This document shows positions 63,701-64,000 of a stretch of DNA of 64,000 nucleotides, in pieces (position 1 is the stretch's first letter; each line of letters starts with the position of its first letter). Under the pieces are notes generated by a model. That model was given only the letters and a program-made list of their open reading frames with translations. It had not been told where the DNA came from and ran no database searches. A program made the position numbers and the translations under genes. The DNA lies in NCBI RefSeq assembly GCF_022539665.2, contig NC_081333.1, forward strand, positions 9,238,001-9,302,000, read 5' to 3'. This DNA is from Daphnia carinata (Eukaryota).

Positions 63701-64000
63701 CTCTCGGATTTTTGGAAGTTCGACATCAATTCAAGACGTTGGATGGAAATCGGAACGCGTGGCGTCGTCCCTCCGCTAGCAGGGCACACGTTGTCGTTGA
63801 GACATGACGGTGAACACCAAACACTGCTACTAGTAGGCGGATTCAGTCCGGAATATGGTTTTATGGAGAAAGTGATGGAATTCAGTCCTGAAAATGGTAC
63901 TTGGACTGTCCTGAATACAACTGGAACACCACCCATTGGTACGAAATATTGTTTCTAACATTTTATATATTTTAACTATTATTTCGTGTTCTCTTTTTGT
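57736..64000 (+). CDS. MEGF8: Multiple EGF-like domains protein 8 (partial, continues beyond the window)
   Basis: Signal peptide (start at 57736 or 57805), CUB, EGF, Kelch repeats, PSI repeats, calcium-binding EGF ([14 protein letters not shown]), laminin-EGF, a second CUB, EGF and a second Kelch set. Two CUB/Kelch sets distinguish it from attractin. Confidence 0.93.

Overview
Eukaryotic, gene-dense, AT-rich genomic DNA with many 55-100 nt GT-AG introns. The intron sizes and gene content suggest a small-genome arthropod, plausibly a Daphnia-like crustacean (inference). Recognisable spliced genes in order: DPAGT1(-), DYNC2LI1(+), GNPAT(-), SELENBP1(+), a vitellogenin-like large lipid transfer protein(+), KAT14/CSRP2BP(-), NOP58(-), an orphan basic helical protein(+), a candidate small secreted propeptide(-), a divergent boule/DAZ-like RRM gene(+), a RING-finger gene(+), UBA5(+), TMEM41A(-), GOLGA1/golgin-97(+), a Shaw/Kv3-family K+ channel(+) with about 8.5 kb of upstream non-coding DNA, and MEGF8(+, runs off the window). 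The most unusual region is 1-3914: a large palindrome (arms ~1-1365 and ~1861-3229) carrying two tail-to-tail copies of an unknown gene, a GC-rich multi-hairpin module in each arm, and three acceptor-stem-less tRNA-like A/B-box units in the spacer. The same architecture (back-to-back tRNA-like units plus an AGGG(A/G)C(A/G)TGACCCCCT hairpin) recurs at ~33.9-34.5 kb. CDS coordinates are whole-gene spans spliced by eye, including introns.
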